Assembly (NCBI GenBank): GCA_023137125.1
Contig: JAGLPW010000049.1
Location: 204-64,203 of the forward strand
Source: Candidatus Cloacimonadota bacterium
Lineage (GTDB): Bacteria > Cloacimonadota > Cloacimonadia > Cloacimonadales > TCS61
Reading direction: 5' to 3'
Length of the DNA: 64,000 bases
Of the stretch, positions 1 through 9,923 are shown one piece after another. A program made the translations under genes and the position numbers. The notes under the pieces were generated by a model. That model saw nothing but the letters and a program-made list of their open reading frames with translations, was not told where the DNA came from and ran no database searches. Each line of letters begins with the position of its first letter. Within the stretch, counting starts at the first letter, position 1.

Positions 1-1
1 G

Positions 2-2299
2 CTGGTATCTTTTAATAATACATTTCATACCGGTATCGTTTGGCAGGAAACTCATGAAATCGATGAGAAGATCAAATATAAAGATATTCTCGAGATCGTT
101 GATAACATTCCGAAGATATCTTCTGAATTATTAGAGCTTGCTTTGTGGATCAGTAAGTATTACTGGTGCAGTTTGGGGCAATCGCTTTCGGCGATGCTTC
201 CCTCCGCCTTTAATATCCAACTGCAAAGAAAGGTAAGATTAGCAGATAATTCAAAAGCAAATATTGGATGTGAAACTGCACAAAAAATAATAAAAGAACT
301 CAATGACGATTGGTCCGACATCCCTAAATTAAAAGAAAAATTGGGAATAAAAGCTTCTGAATTCAACACACTATTGGAAGAACTGGAGAATGACGGAGTT
401 ATAGAGATCAATCGAGTATTTGATGAGAAGATCAAACCGAAATTTGCGAATTTCGTGACCTTGCTGGAGATCGATGCTCTGCCTTCGCTCACGGCAAAGC
501 AAACAGCAGCATATGAATATATGAAAAGCATTTCTAATAATTTCCCCCTGGCTAAGATAGCAGCTAAATTCAGCTATTCAATTGTGAAAGCTCTAAGGAG
601 TAAAGGACTTATTGTCATAGAATCCCGGAAAGTCAGGAAGAAATATTTTACATTTCCTAAGAAACGAATATTAAAAGATATTGAGCTGACAGCTGAACAG
701 CAGGCTGCTATCTCGTCCATCAAAGAATATATTAATTTGGGTAAATTTCATCCGTTTTTGCTCTTTGGTATTACCGGCAGCGGTAAAACAGAAGTTTATA
801 TTGAGGTAATAAAGAGTGCATTAAAAAAAAGGAAGACTGCCCTCATGCTGGTCCCGGAGATCGCACTTACTCCCCAGATGGTTGACAGGTTTTTCAACGC
901 TTTTGGAGAGGATATTGCAATTCTGCACAGTCACTTGAATGATCGTCAAAGATGGGAACAGTGGAATAAAATAAAGTCGGGTAAAAGTAAGATCGTGATC
1001 GGGGCGCGCAGTGCAATATTTGCACCACTGGATAACCTGGGTGTTATCATCGTTGATGAAGAGCACGAAACAACCTACAAACAGGAAACTACTCCGCGTT
1101 ATAACGGGCGAGATCTCTCGATCCTCAGAGCTAAAATGAACAATGCCGTAGTTATATTAGGCAGCGCAACACCATCCCTTGAAAGCTGGAATAATGTGAA
1201 AACCGGTAAATTTACACAGCTTTTATTATCACACCGTCCCCTCTCCTACGAACTCCCATCCGTTGATATAATAGATATGAAAAAAGAGAAAGATCACAAA
1301 CTCCTTCTATCTGTAAAATTAAAGAAAAAAATTGAAGAAAGATTGAAACTGGGTCAGCAGATAATTTTACTGCAGAACAGAAGAGGACACTCATCCTTTG
1401 TGCAGTGTATCTCCTGCGGGGAGTTATTTGAATGTCCCAATTGTGATATCTCCCTGAAATTTCATAGTCACTCTCAAGAATTGATCTGTCACTACTGCGG
1501 TCATAAAGCACATATGCCCAGGAAATGTCCCGAATGTGGAAGTTATATGTTCTCCTTTGGAGCATCGGGAACCCAGCAGATAGAAAAGCAGCTTAACATT
1601 CTCTTTCCACAAGCCAGGATATTAAGAATGGATTCTGATAGTGCAGGTAAGAAAGACAGTTACGATTCCATGTTTAAAAGAATGCGTGAAGGATCTGTCG
1701 ATATATTATTGGGAACACAGATGATCGCCAAGGGACTCGATTTTGAAAATGTTACACTGGTCGGTGTGATCTCGGCAGATATTGGACTTAATGTTCCCGA
1801 TTTCAGAGCTGCTGAGCGAACCTTTCAACTGCTTACCCAGGTGGCAGGTAGATCGGGAAGGGGAGAGAAATCGGGTGAAGTAATAATCCAGACCTATAAT
1901 CCTGAACACTACTCGATCACCACTGCCATGAAGCAGCACTTTGAAACATTTGCCGCAAAAGAATTGGAAATGCGGAAGCATCTGAAATATCCACCGGAAT
2001 ATAAGCTGGCTCGATTTGTCTTTTCCCATAAGAATGAATTATATTTAAAAGAGCAATTGGCTAAGAATTCTAAAGTAATAGATGAATTGAAGGATCTCTT
2101 CAAACCAGATCAGTTAAGCGTCCTGGGTCCGATCGATGCTCCTATTGCCAGGATGCAGAACAGTTATCGCTATCATATTATTCTAAAGGGCGATAGTGTA
2201 AAGGTGATCTCGTCAGCAGTCAGTTTTTTAAAAGACAATTTAAGCCTAAGCAGTACTATTAAACAGGTGATCTATATCGATCCATACAGCCTGATGTAA
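2..2299 (+). CDS. priA: primosomal protein N' (PriA replication-restart helicase), 5' end outside window
   Basis: The frame is open from nt 2, with no stop before the TTG at 143, so the true N-terminus lies upstream. Motifs: Walker A GITGSGKT, DEEH box (IIVDEEHE), four Cys pairs (CISCG, CPNCD, CHYCG, CPECG), helicase C motif QVAGRSGR. Confidence 0.92.
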   Translation: MVSFNNTFHTGIVWQETHEIDEKIKYKDILEIVDNIPKISSELLELALWISKYYWCSLGQSLSAMLPSAFNIQLQRKVRLADNSKANIGCETAQKIIKELNDDWSDIPKLKEKLGIKASEFNTLLEELENDGVIEINRVFDEKIKPKFANFVTLLEIDALPSLTAKQTAAYEYMKSISNNFPLAKIAAKFSYSIVKALRSKGLIVIESRKVRKKYFTFPKKRILKDIELTAEQQAAISSIKEYINLGKFHPFLLFGITGSGKTEVYIEVIKSALKKRKTALMLVPEIALTPQMVDRFFNAFGEDIAILHSHLNDRQRWEQWNKIKSGKSKIVIGARSAIFAPLDNLGVIIVDEEHETTYKQETTPRYNGRDLSILRAKMNNAVVILGSATPSLESWNNVKTGKFTQLLLSHRPLSYELPSVDIIDMKKEKDHKLLLSVKLKKKIEERLKLGQQIILLQNRRGHSSFVQCISCGELFECPNCDISLKFHSHSQELICHYCGHKAHMPRKCPECGSYMFSFGASGTQQIEKQLNILFPQARILRMDSDSAGKKDSYDSMFKRMREGSVDILLGTQMIAKGLDFENVTLVGVISADIGLNVPDFRAAERTFQLLTQVAGRSGRGEKSGEVIIQTYNPEHYSITTAMKQHFETFAAKELEMRKHLKYPPEYKLARFVFSHKNELYLKEQLAKNSKVIDELKDLFKPDQLSVLGPIDAPIARMQNSYRYHIILKGDSVKVISSAVSFLKDNLSLSSTIKQVIYIDPYSLM

Positions 2300-2517
2300 T
2301 TTAATTTCACTTAAACAATTCAATATTGGAACTTACATATTACTCCAACCTGGAATGAATTAGAGCAGGGTGAATAATTATTAATAAATTGACTTAATAA
2401 GGTTGCAAAAAAAAATGAGCCGAGTTCATTTAATCGCAATATACAAAGGCGTCAGTTGTTTTTCTTGACGTAAATTTTTAAATAGAGGATACAGTAAATC
2501 CAAAGTATGGAGGAAGA

Positions 2518-3663
2518 ATGGAATATTTTTTAACTGAAGATCAATTAGAAATAAGAGAAATTGCTCGTAAGGTCGCAGAAGAGAAGATCAAACCTGTAAG
2601 GGCAAAATATGATGAAGAGAACGAATTTCCCTGGGAGATAGTAGAAGTATTTAAACAGACAGACCTTTTTGCAGTACTGGTTCCGGAAGAATATGACGGT
2701 ATCAGCGGTAAAGTTGTGGATATTGCCATAATCACAGAAGAGTTCAGCCGTGTTTGCAGCGGTATCGGTCTTTCTCTTGGAGGTTCAGGTCTGGGGATGT
2801 ACCCGATCCTGATATCAGGAAGTGAAGAACAGAAACAGAAATATTTACCTAAGATCGCTAATGGAGAGATACTGGCAGCTTTTGCACTAACGGAAGCAAA
2901 TGCCGGATCGGATGCCGGTGGTATGGAAACAACTGCAGTTAGAGATGGTGATCATTATATCGTAAATGGTACAAAACAGTGGATCACTAATGGTGGAGAA
3001 GCTGATCTCTACACGGTTTTTGTACTTACAGATAAATCAAAAGGAGCACGAGGAGCTTCTTGTCTTATCATGGAAAAAGGAACTGAAGGTTTCTCATTTG
3101 GAAAGAAAGAAGATAAAATGGGGATTAGAGGTTCAGCTACACGAGAATTGATCTTTGATAATTGCCGTGTACCGGTAGAAAATCTTATAGGACGTGAGGG
3201 CACAGGCTTTATGGTCGCTATGAAAACACTTGATAAATCACGTCCAATGGTTGCAGCACAAGCTGTGGGTATTGCTCAAGGTGCGTATGAAGAAGCGGCA
3301 AAATATGCTAAACAGCGAATTCAGTTCGGGAAACCGATATCAGCTTTCCAGGGTATTCAATTCATGCTGGCAGATATGGCAACTCAAATTGAAGCTGCCC
3401 GTGCACTGGTTATGGCAACTGCAAGACTTATCGATTCCGGAGCTAAAAAATATGCCAAAGAATCTGCCATGTGCAAAGTATTTGCCTCAGATATGGCAAT
3501 GAAAGTTACTACCGATGCAGTTCAGATCTTAGGCGGATACGGTTATATGAAAGAATATCCGGTAGAGAAAATGATGCGTGATGCTAAGATTACTCAGATC
3601 TATGAAGGAACTAATCAGGTTCAACGTGGAGTGATCGCTTCCAACCTGTTAAAGGAATTTTAA
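2518..3663 (+). CDS. acyl-CoA dehydrogenase (short-chain/butyryl-CoA dehydrogenase-like)
   Basis: 381 aa. ACAD hallmarks AFALTEANAGSDAGG, WITNGGEADLY and ILGGYGYMKEYPVEKMMRDAKITQIYEGTNQVQR. GGAGG-like RBS upstream. Confidence 0.9.
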   Translation: MEYFLTEDQLEIREIARKVAEEKIKPVRAKYDEENEFPWEIVEVFKQTDLFAVLVPEEYDGISGKVVDIAIITEEFSRVCSGIGLSLGGSGLGMYPILISGSEEQKQKYLPKIANGEILAAFALTEANAGSDAGGMETTAVRDGDHYIVNGTKQWITNGGEADLYTVFVLTDKSKGARGASCLIMEKGTEGFSFGKKEDKMGIRGSATRELIFDNCRVPVENLIGREGTGFMVAMKTLDKSRPMVAAQAVGIAQGAYEEAAKYAKQRIQFGKPISAFQGIQFMLADMATQIEAARALVMATARLIDSGAKKYAKESAMCKVFASDMAMKVTTDAVQILGGYGYMKEYPVEKMMRDAKITQIYEGTNQVQRGVIASNLLKEF

Positions 3664-3678
3664 TAAGTAGAAAGAGTC

Positions 3679-4206
3679 ATGAAATTACTTGTTCATATAT
3701 GTTGTGCGCCGTGTTTCGCGGCGCCTTATTTTCATTTAAAAGAAGAAGGCCATGAAATACATGGATTCTGGTATAATCACAATATACATCCCTTTACAGA
3801 ATACAAGAAACGATTGGAAACTTTGCAGGAATTTGCAGAAAAAGAGGATATCCAACTTATTATTAAAGATGAATATGAATTGGAAAAATTCTTAAGAAAA
3901 GCTGCATTCCGTGAGCAGGAACGCTGCCGGAGTTGTTATTATGAACGCTTAAAATATGCTGCTATAATTGCCAAGAAGGGCAACTTTGATGCTTTTACTA
4001 CAACCCTGCTCTATAGCAAATTCCAAAAACACGACCTGATAAAAGAAATTGGGGAATCACTTGCTAAGGAATACAATATTAAATTTTATTACCGCGATTT
4101 CAGAGAGTATTGGAAAGAGGGGATAAAGATCTCAAAAGAAAAAGAGATGTACCGTCAGCAATATTGTGGTTGTATTTATAGTGAACGAGATAGATATAGA
4201 TCATGA
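3679..4206 (+). CDS. queH: epoxyqueuosine reductase QueH (DUF208 family)
   Basis: 175 aa with N-terminal HICCAPC and C-terminal QQYCGCIYSE cysteine motifs, which are typical of QueH. Confidence 0.75.
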   Translation: MKLLVHICCAPCFAAPYFHLKEEGHEIHGFWYNHNIHPFTEYKKRLETLQEFAEKEDIQLIIKDEYELEKFLRKAAFREQERCRSCYYERLKYAAIIAKKGNFDAFTTTLLYSKFQKHDLIKEIGESLAKEYNIKFYYRDFREYWKEGIKISKEKEMYRQQYCGCIYSERDRYRS

Positions 4207-4252
4207 TATCACTTATATATTCAATAAGAAGGTAACAGATCAGGGAGCATTT

Positions 4253-5056
4253 ATGAAGAATGTGAAAACCTTTAAGAAGATGAAGAAAGATAACATAAAG
4301 ATAGTAATGGTCACTGCCTATGATTATCCATCTGGAAAATATGTACAGGAAGCAGAAGTTGATATTATTCTGGTTGGTGATAGTTTGGGTATGGTGATCC
4401 TGGGATATGAAGATACTCTTAAGGTCACTCTAGATGATATTCTTCATCATACTAAAGCTGCCAGGCGTGGTGCGGATGATACATTTATTGTTGCCGATAT
4501 GCCTTTTATGAGTTATAATCTCAACATTAAGCAGACCAAAATAAATTCTGCGCTGCTCATTACACAGGGTGGAGCAAATGCAGTAAAACTGGAAGGTGGA
4601 AAACCTAGTCGTCTGGAAGCTATAAGAGCAATTGTGGATTGTGAGATACCGGTTGTAGCACATCTGGGACTTACGCCCCAATCGATAAATGCTTTTGGCG
4701 GATATAAAGTACAGGGAAAGAAGGAAGTGGAATTTAATGAAATTCTAACTCAAGCAAAGGAGATAGAAAAAGCAGGTGCTTTCATGCTGGTTCTGGAAGG
4801 GATCCCAGAAGAGCTGGGCAGAACGATAAGTGAAGCACTTTCAATTCCTACTATTGGAATTGGTGCCGGTAAATACACTGATGGTCAGGTACTTGTTTAT
4901 CATGATATCTTAGGAATGGCAGATCTTAAACCTAAATTTGTGAAGAATTATGCACAGTTAAATAAAGATATACCCAATAGTATTAAGAAGTTTATTGATG
5001 AAGTAAAAGATGGAAAATTTCCAACAGAGGAAAATATATATAATCCCATAAAATAA
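4253..5056 (+). CDS. panB: 3-methyl-2-oxobutanoate hydroxymethyltransferase (ketopantoate hydroxymethyltransferase)
   Basis: Motifs MVTAYDYPS, ILVGDSLGMV, ADMPF, VKLEGG and GIGAG. I moved the start to ATG 4253 because the track start at 4166 overlaps queH and adds non-homologous residues. Confidence 0.9.
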   Translation: MKNVKTFKKMKKDNIKIVMVTAYDYPSGKYVQEAEVDIILVGDSLGMVILGYEDTLKVTLDDILHHTKAARRGADDTFIVADMPFMSYNLNIKQTKINSALLITQGGANAVKLEGGKPSRLEAIRAIVDCEIPVVAHLGLTPQSINAFGGYKVQGKKEVEFNEILTQAKEIEKAGAFMLVLEGIPEELGRTISEALSIPTIGIGAGKYTDGQVLVYHDILGMADLKPKFVKNYAQLNKDIPNSIKKFIDEVKDGKFPTEENIYNPIK

Positions 5057-5065
5057 AGAGGAAAA

Positions 5066-5674
5066 ATGAGTTTTGAACGTTCAAATTTTGATATGACGCC
5101 TGATGAAAAAATGGAGGCAGTTGCAAATTTAAAACAGAATATGGAAGAGAATTTTGTGCAGTTAGGACAGCTTCTATCTGATATTCGTAGAACCAAGTTA
5201 TTCAAGTTTAAAGGTTATAGAACTTTTAAAGAATTTGTAGAAAATGAATTTAATATGAACGGCAGTTTTGCTGCTAAGATAATCAGCAATTTCGATCTGT
5301 TTATTCGTGAGCTCGATGTTGATGAACACTCTGCCAAAGAGATCGGGTTGGATAAACTGAATATGATAAAACCACTGGTAAAGCAGGCTGAATTTAATGA
5401 AAAGCAGGATTGGATAAAAAAAGCTCAGGAACTTCCAACCACTGAACTAAGAGAAGAAATTAAAGAGATACGTGAGAATAATAAGAATAAAGATAGAACA
5501 ATGAAGGATGTTTTCATTGAACAATATGTGGAAAGAATGGTAACATTTTTTAATTGCAATCGCAAAGAGTTGAATTTTAAGCTTGCCCTCTATTTCCAGG
5601 ATGAAAATCTGGAAGAGATGAGGGTGATTGTGAAAGATAAACAGCGAAAATTTGACGAGACCGATCAGTTGTAA
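5066..5674 (+). CDS. hypothetical protein (charged, helical; no motif recognised)
   Basis: 202-aa ORF 10 nt after panB with an AGAGGAAAAA RBS. No catalytic motif seen. Confidence 0.5.
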   Translation: MSFERSNFDMTPDEKMEAVANLKQNMEENFVQLGQLLSDIRRTKLFKFKGYRTFKEFVENEFNMNGSFAAKIISNFDLFIRELDVDEHSAKEIGLDKLNMIKPLVKQAEFNEKQDWIKKAQELPTTELREEIKEIRENNKNKDRTMKDVFIEQYVERMVTFFNCNRKELNFKLALYFQDENLEEMRVIVKDKQRKFDETDQL

Positions 5675-5780
5675 TGTGTTTACTGAACTCACCCCTCGGT
5701 CTTCGCCAAGGCTACGCCCCGATAGCCAGTCAATCTCTTAAACACAATAGAGGGGGAGAAAAGAATTTCACAAGCTCTGT

Positions 5781-5895
5781 GTCATCCTGAGCCTCGACTA
5801 ATCGGGGAAGGATGAAGGATGCTATGAAATTTCAAAGACAAAGTGTTAGCGTCATCCTGACGAGTCTTGCACGTTGTTCTTTTGAGGAAGGATAA
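5781..5895. repeat. two copies of a GC-rich hairpin element (GTCATCCTGA-N18-28-GGAAGGAT)
   Basis: GTCATCCTGA occurs at 5781 and 5851. Each copy is followed by a complementary GAAGGAT(G/A). Copy 1 can form a 7+6 bp interrupted stem (TCATCCT...AGGATGA). Confidence 0.5.
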
Positions 5896-6046
5896 GATAA
5901 CTAATTCCGATCTCTGTCGCTCTTCGTTAAAAGATCAGCAAGAAGAATCCTTCAGAAAGACGGAGTGTGGATAATCATGGAGGCAATATAGCATCTTGAT
6001 AATTTGATTTTTTTATTTAGAAAAGAGAGAATCAAAGGAGACAAAA

Positions 6047-7600
6047 ATGCAACAGTTAAGAATTTTATGGGTCGATGATGAAGTTGAACACTTAAGACCA
6101 TTTATACTTTTTTTAACCGAACGAGGCTACAAAGTAAAGACCATATCCAATGGTTCAGATGCTATTGACCTGGTTTCTAAAGAAGATTTCGATCTGGTTT
6201 TCCTGGATGAAATGATGCCGGGGATGGATGGACTTTCCACCTTGCGTGAGATCAAGAGAATAAGCAATTCTCTGCCGGTTATCATGGTTACGAAAAGTGA
6301 GGAAGAGGGCATCATGGAAGGCGCTATCGCCGGTCAGATAGCCGATTATCTCATAAAACCGATCAATCCGAACCAACTAATTATGGCTATTAAGAAGCTA
6401 TTTGAAGCGGATGAAATTAAGCGGAATAAGATCGGTGCACAATATGCAGAATTCTCAGCAGAATTAAATCAGAGATTATTTACAGATCTTACAAGTAATG
6501 ACTGGATCGATATTTATAAGGATTTGAATAATTGGGATTTTATTCTTGATGACATTAATGATCCGACTCTTCTTCATACTCATTTCCTGGAAAAAATGAA
6601 TTGCAATGCAGAATTTTCTAATTTTGTAGCTGATAATTACAAAGGTTGGCTAAGTTCAGATGACCGTCCGCAACTCTCTTTCGATGTTGTTTCGAATTAT
6701 GTGATTCCAAAATTAAATAATAAAGCACCAATTTATCTGATAGTCCTGGATTGCATGAGATTAGATCAGTACCGTGCCATTGAACCATATATAAAGGAAC
6801 TTTTTGACGTTGATCTGAATATGTATTATTCAATTCTGCCGACAGCTACGCCCTACTCACGCAACTCTATCTTTAGCGGGTTGCTTCCTAACGATATTGC
6901 TAAGAGCTTCCCGGAGTACTGGATAGAATCCAATGAAATGGATAGCAGTAGAAATAGGAACGAACATCAGCTTCTGGATGCACATGTAAGTGATCTGGGA
7001 TTTAATATTGGTCCGAGTAAATATATTAAGATCCTCAATATTGATGAAGGTAATTTTGTGGTTAGAAAAATCGCATCATGGCAGAATGAAAAACTGGTGA
7101 CTCTGGTTTATAATTTTCTCGATCTGGTTGCGCATCACCGTTCTCAAGATGAGATTTTAAAAGAGACAATTCCTGATGAACAGGCACTTAGAGCATTCAC
7201 AAAACACTGGTTTTTGCACTCAAGTTTTTATGAAACTCTAAAAAATATAGCTAAGCAGAAAGCAACGGTTATTCTAACTACTGACCATGGTTCGATTAGG
7301 GTTAACAGGGCCAGTCAGCTTGTAGCAGACAAAGAAACAACAACAACAGTAAGATACAAACAGGGCAAGAACCTAGCCTGTAACAATAAACATGCACTTC
7401 ATATAAAAGATCCGGAAGAATTTGGCCTGCCTGCACGTGGAATCATAGATAATTATGTTATTGCCAAGGATGATTATTACTTTGTCTACCCTAACTCATT
7501 CCATAAGTACATGAATTTGTATAATGGAACTTTCCAACATGGCGGAATATCCATGGAAGAGATGCTTTTACCATTGGCGGTTTGTAAACCTAAGAAATAG
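6047..7600 (+). CDS. porX: PorX-like response regulator (CheY receiver + PglZ/alkaline-phosphatase-superfamily domain)
   Basis: Receiver motifs are ILWVDDE, VFLDEMMPGMDG and YLIKP. The C-terminal PglZ pattern is LDCMRLDQ, TATPYSRNSIFSG, TTDHGS and HGGISMEEMLLP. The length of 517 aa matches the PorX architecture. Confidence 0.8.
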   Translation: MQQLRILWVDDEVEHLRPFILFLTERGYKVKTISNGSDAIDLVSKEDFDLVFLDEMMPGMDGLSTLREIKRISNSLPVIMVTKSEEEGIMEGAIAGQIADYLIKPINPNQLIMAIKKLFEADEIKRNKIGAQYAEFSAELNQRLFTDLTSNDWIDIYKDLNNWDFILDDINDPTLLHTHFLEKMNCNAEFSNFVADNYKGWLSSDDRPQLSFDVVSNYVIPKLNNKAPIYLIVLDCMRLDQYRAIEPYIKELFDVDLNMYYSILPTATPYSRNSIFSGLLPNDIAKSFPEYWIESNEMDSSRNRNEHQLLDAHVSDLGFNIGPSKYIKILNIDEGNFVVRKIASWQNEKLVTLVYNFLDLVAHHRSQDEILKETIPDEQALRAFTKHWFLHSSFYETLKNIAKQKATVILTTDHGSIRVNRASQLVADKETTTTVRYKQGKNLACNNKHALHIKDPEEFGLPARGIIDNYVIAKDDYYFVYPNSFHKYMNLYNGTFQHGGISMEEMLLPLAVCKPKK

Positions 7601-7606
7601 CTAAAT

Positions 7607-8020
7607 ATGCAAGAAGAAAGAATTCTAAGTAGTGAAGATGATACGATTATCTTTGCAAAAGAGCTGGCTCCAAAGCTAAGAAAAGGTGACGTATTAGCAC
7701 TTTATGGTGAACTGGGAGCAGGGAAGACATTCTTCACACAGCAGCTTTGTAAGTTCCTGGGAGTTACCGAGAATGTGAGCAGTCCCAGTTATGTGCTGAT
7801 GAATGAATATGTGGGAACTTACATTATTCATCACCTGGATCTTTATCGGTTGGATGCAGCAGAAGAGGTTCTGGAATTAGGTTTATATGACCTTTATGAA
7901 AATGCAATAACAATTATTGAATGGCCTGAAATTGCAAATGGGATGCTACCAAAAAATACGATTCATATTTACTTTGAATTCATTGATCAGAATAGGAAAG
8001 TGAGAATCAGTAGGAAGTAA
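7607..8020 (+). CDS. tsaE: tRNA threonylcarbamoyladenosine biosynthesis ATPase TsaE
   Basis: 137 aa with P-loop GELGAGKT and SPSY..HHLDLYRL, typical of the YjeE/TsaE family. Confidence 0.85.
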   Translation: MQEERILSSEDDTIIFAKELAPKLRKGDVLALYGELGAGKTFFTQQLCKFLGVTENVSSPSYVLMNEYVGTYIIHHLDLYRLDAAEEVLELGLYDLYENAITIIEWPEIANGMLPKNTIHIYFEFIDQNRKVRISRK

Positions 8021-8060
8021 GTAGAACAGGCACTCTTGCCTGTTGAAAATAGATAAATAA

Positions 8061-8095
8061 AAAAGCCCGATACTTTCATAACGGGCTTTTCTTTT
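8061..8095. terminator. bidirectional rho-independent terminator between convergent genes
   Basis: Stem AGCCCG / CGGGCT (8064-8069 / 8082-8087), flanked by an A-run upstream and TTTTCTTTT downstream. A second hairpin, AACAGGCA-ctct-TGCCTGTT, lies at 8025-8044. Confidence 0.65.
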
Positions 8096-8107
8096 ATATA
8101 ATTAAAA

Positions 8108-8398
8108 TTATTTGATCAGAAGATAAATTATCACAAGTAATAGAGCTATATTGATCACATTTCCCCATAATAATTTACTCTTAAGCTCTTCAACAGCTTT
8201 CCAATTATCATTTATTTTTTCTTCAAGACGTACGATCATATGTTCAAGAGCAGAGAATTTTTCTGCCGCAGTATCAATTTTCTTAACTTTACGCATATTC
8301 TCAAAATCTTTTATAAAGTGTTTGATCATATCAAAAAATATATTTATCAATCCGCTGAGGAAGGGACTACTTTTCTTAATATCATTCTTATTTTTCAT
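8108..8398 (-). CDS. small tail-anchored membrane protein, hypothetical
   Basis: 96 aa with a coiled-coil-like centre, a C-terminal hydrophobic helix (VINIALLLVIIYLLI) and a GGGAG RBS 5 nt upstream. Confidence 0.5.
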   Translation of the reverse strand: MKNKNDIKKSSPFLSGLINIFFDMIKHFIKDFENMRKVKKIDTAAEKFSALEHMIVRLEEKINDNWKAVEELKSKLLWGNVINIALLLVIIYLLIK

Positions 8399-8947
8399 CT
8401 ATACTCCCTGAAATCTTTATTCTCTTTTAGCATTAACAAAATATTAAGATTTTATGTCAATAATTTTATGGAAGAGCAGTTGCAATTATTATCCTGACGA
8501 ATCTGCCACGCTACTCTCCATAAGAAGATTTAGACCATAGAAACTATCCATAACACCTCCATAAACAAAACATTACAAATTCAATTTTCCAAACTTAACA
8601 TTCAAAAGTGAAAAGCGCTAAATAATAGGGCTATAAAAGGATTGACATTAAACTTCAATTAGAAAAAATTCCTTATTGAAATTGGTTCAGAATATCGCTT
8701 TTATGAGAATAATAATGGTTGTAATAGTTAATAAATATTTAAAATCCTAAATTTGAATGAGTTAACAGATAGTTAAGTATAATTGTTTTAATGAAAAATA
8801 CGTAATTAATATATTGACTTAATAATTAATATAATGATTTTTAACAAAATATAAAAAAACTTGTTTTGCAAGTTATGGGGCGAAGCTGTATCTAGTGGTA
8901 AGTGTTAATTTCTAAGATATAGGGATTAGAAGACGGAGCGTTTAAAC

Positions 8948-9898
8948 ATGAAAGAAATACTAAAGAAATTTAAGAATCAGAAAATTGCCGTGATCGGTGA
9001 TCTCATCTTGGATAAATACATTTATGGTGAGGTAGATCGTATCTCCCCTGAAGCACCTGTTCCCATTGTTCGAGTCTTAAAAGAAAAGTATGTTCCCGGT
9101 GGTGCAGCTAATGTGGCTGCTAATATTTCTACTCTGGGCGGGAATGCTTACCTGTTTGGAATTGTGGGTAATGATCAGTATAAAGATATTCTGCTGCAAA
9201 AAACAGCGGAGATGAATATACTAACTTCCGGGATTTTCACCGATAGCAAGAAGACAACGATCCGCAAAACCCGAGTTATCGGACTTAACCAGCAACTTCT
9301 TAGAATTGATCATGAAAATACAGATTACATTGAAACACACCAAGAGGAAGAATTTATAAATAGGCTGAAGGATATAAACGATCTTTCAGCTATTATTGTA
9401 TCTGATTATGCTAAAGGTACTATTACCAAACAATTGATGTTGCAATTGATCCAATTCTCAAATGCAAATGGAATTTTATTGATCATTGATCCTAAACCAA
9501 AACATAAGGATTGGTATACCGGATCAACTCTGATAACTCCTAATAAAAAAGAAGCTCAAGAGATAAGCGGGATTTTAATCGAATCGGAAAATAATCTTAT
9601 TAAGGCAGGTGAAATGCTGGTCAATACATTTGCTGCGGATGTCATTATAACAGCAGGTGCGGATGGCATGTATGTGTTTGAGAAAACCTCCACACATAAT
9701 CACATTCCAACCCAAGCAAGAGAAGTTTACGATGTCTCGGGTGCAGGTGATACGGTTATTGCCACATTTGCGTTAGCCTTAAGCTGTAAAGCATCCCTTA
9801 ATGATGCAGCTATTTTGGCAAATCATGCAGCGGGTATAAAAGTAGGTAAAATTGGAACAGCTCCCGTTTACTTGGAAGAGTTGTTGAATTCAATCTAA
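8948..9898 (+). CDS. PfkB-family sugar kinase, RfaE/HldE domain-I-like (D-glycero-beta-D-manno-heptose-7-phosphate kinase)
   Basis: Motifs VIGDLILDKYIYGEVDRISPEAPVPIV, GGAANVAANI and C-terminal DVSGAGDTVIA match the heptose kinase domain pattern. Confidence 0.75.
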   Translation: MKEILKKFKNQKIAVIGDLILDKYIYGEVDRISPEAPVPIVRVLKEKYVPGGAANVAANISTLGGNAYLFGIVGNDQYKDILLQKTAEMNILTSGIFTDSKKTTIRKTRVIGLNQQLLRIDHENTDYIETHQEEEFINRLKDINDLSAIIVSDYAKGTITKQLMLQLIQFSNANGILLIIDPKPKHKDWYTGSTLITPNKKEAQEISGILIESENNLIKAGEMLVNTFAADVIITAGADGMYVFEKTSTHNHIPTQAREVYDVSGAGDTVIATFALALSCKASLNDAAILANHAAGIKVGKIGTAPVYLEELLNSI

Positions 9899-9923
9899 GC
9901 AGAATACTTCGAAGGAGAATCTA

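Noticed and set aside
4166-4252. ORF-track N-terminal extensions: panB at 4166, pseB at 13522, the secreted protein at 40581, XRE at 45925, the first island ORF at 45996, the VWA gene at 55068 and the cargo gene at 60888
   Set aside because: Each extension overlaps the upstream gene or its own Shine-Dalgarno sequence and adds residues absent from the conserved family N-terminus. The internal starts I used have better-placed RBSs.
8151-8497. Plus-strand ORFs of 85-86 aa opposite the 96-aa membrane protein gene
   Set aside because: They have no RBS and hydrophobic nonsense-like composition. The minus-strand ORF has a GGGAG RBS and a terminator.
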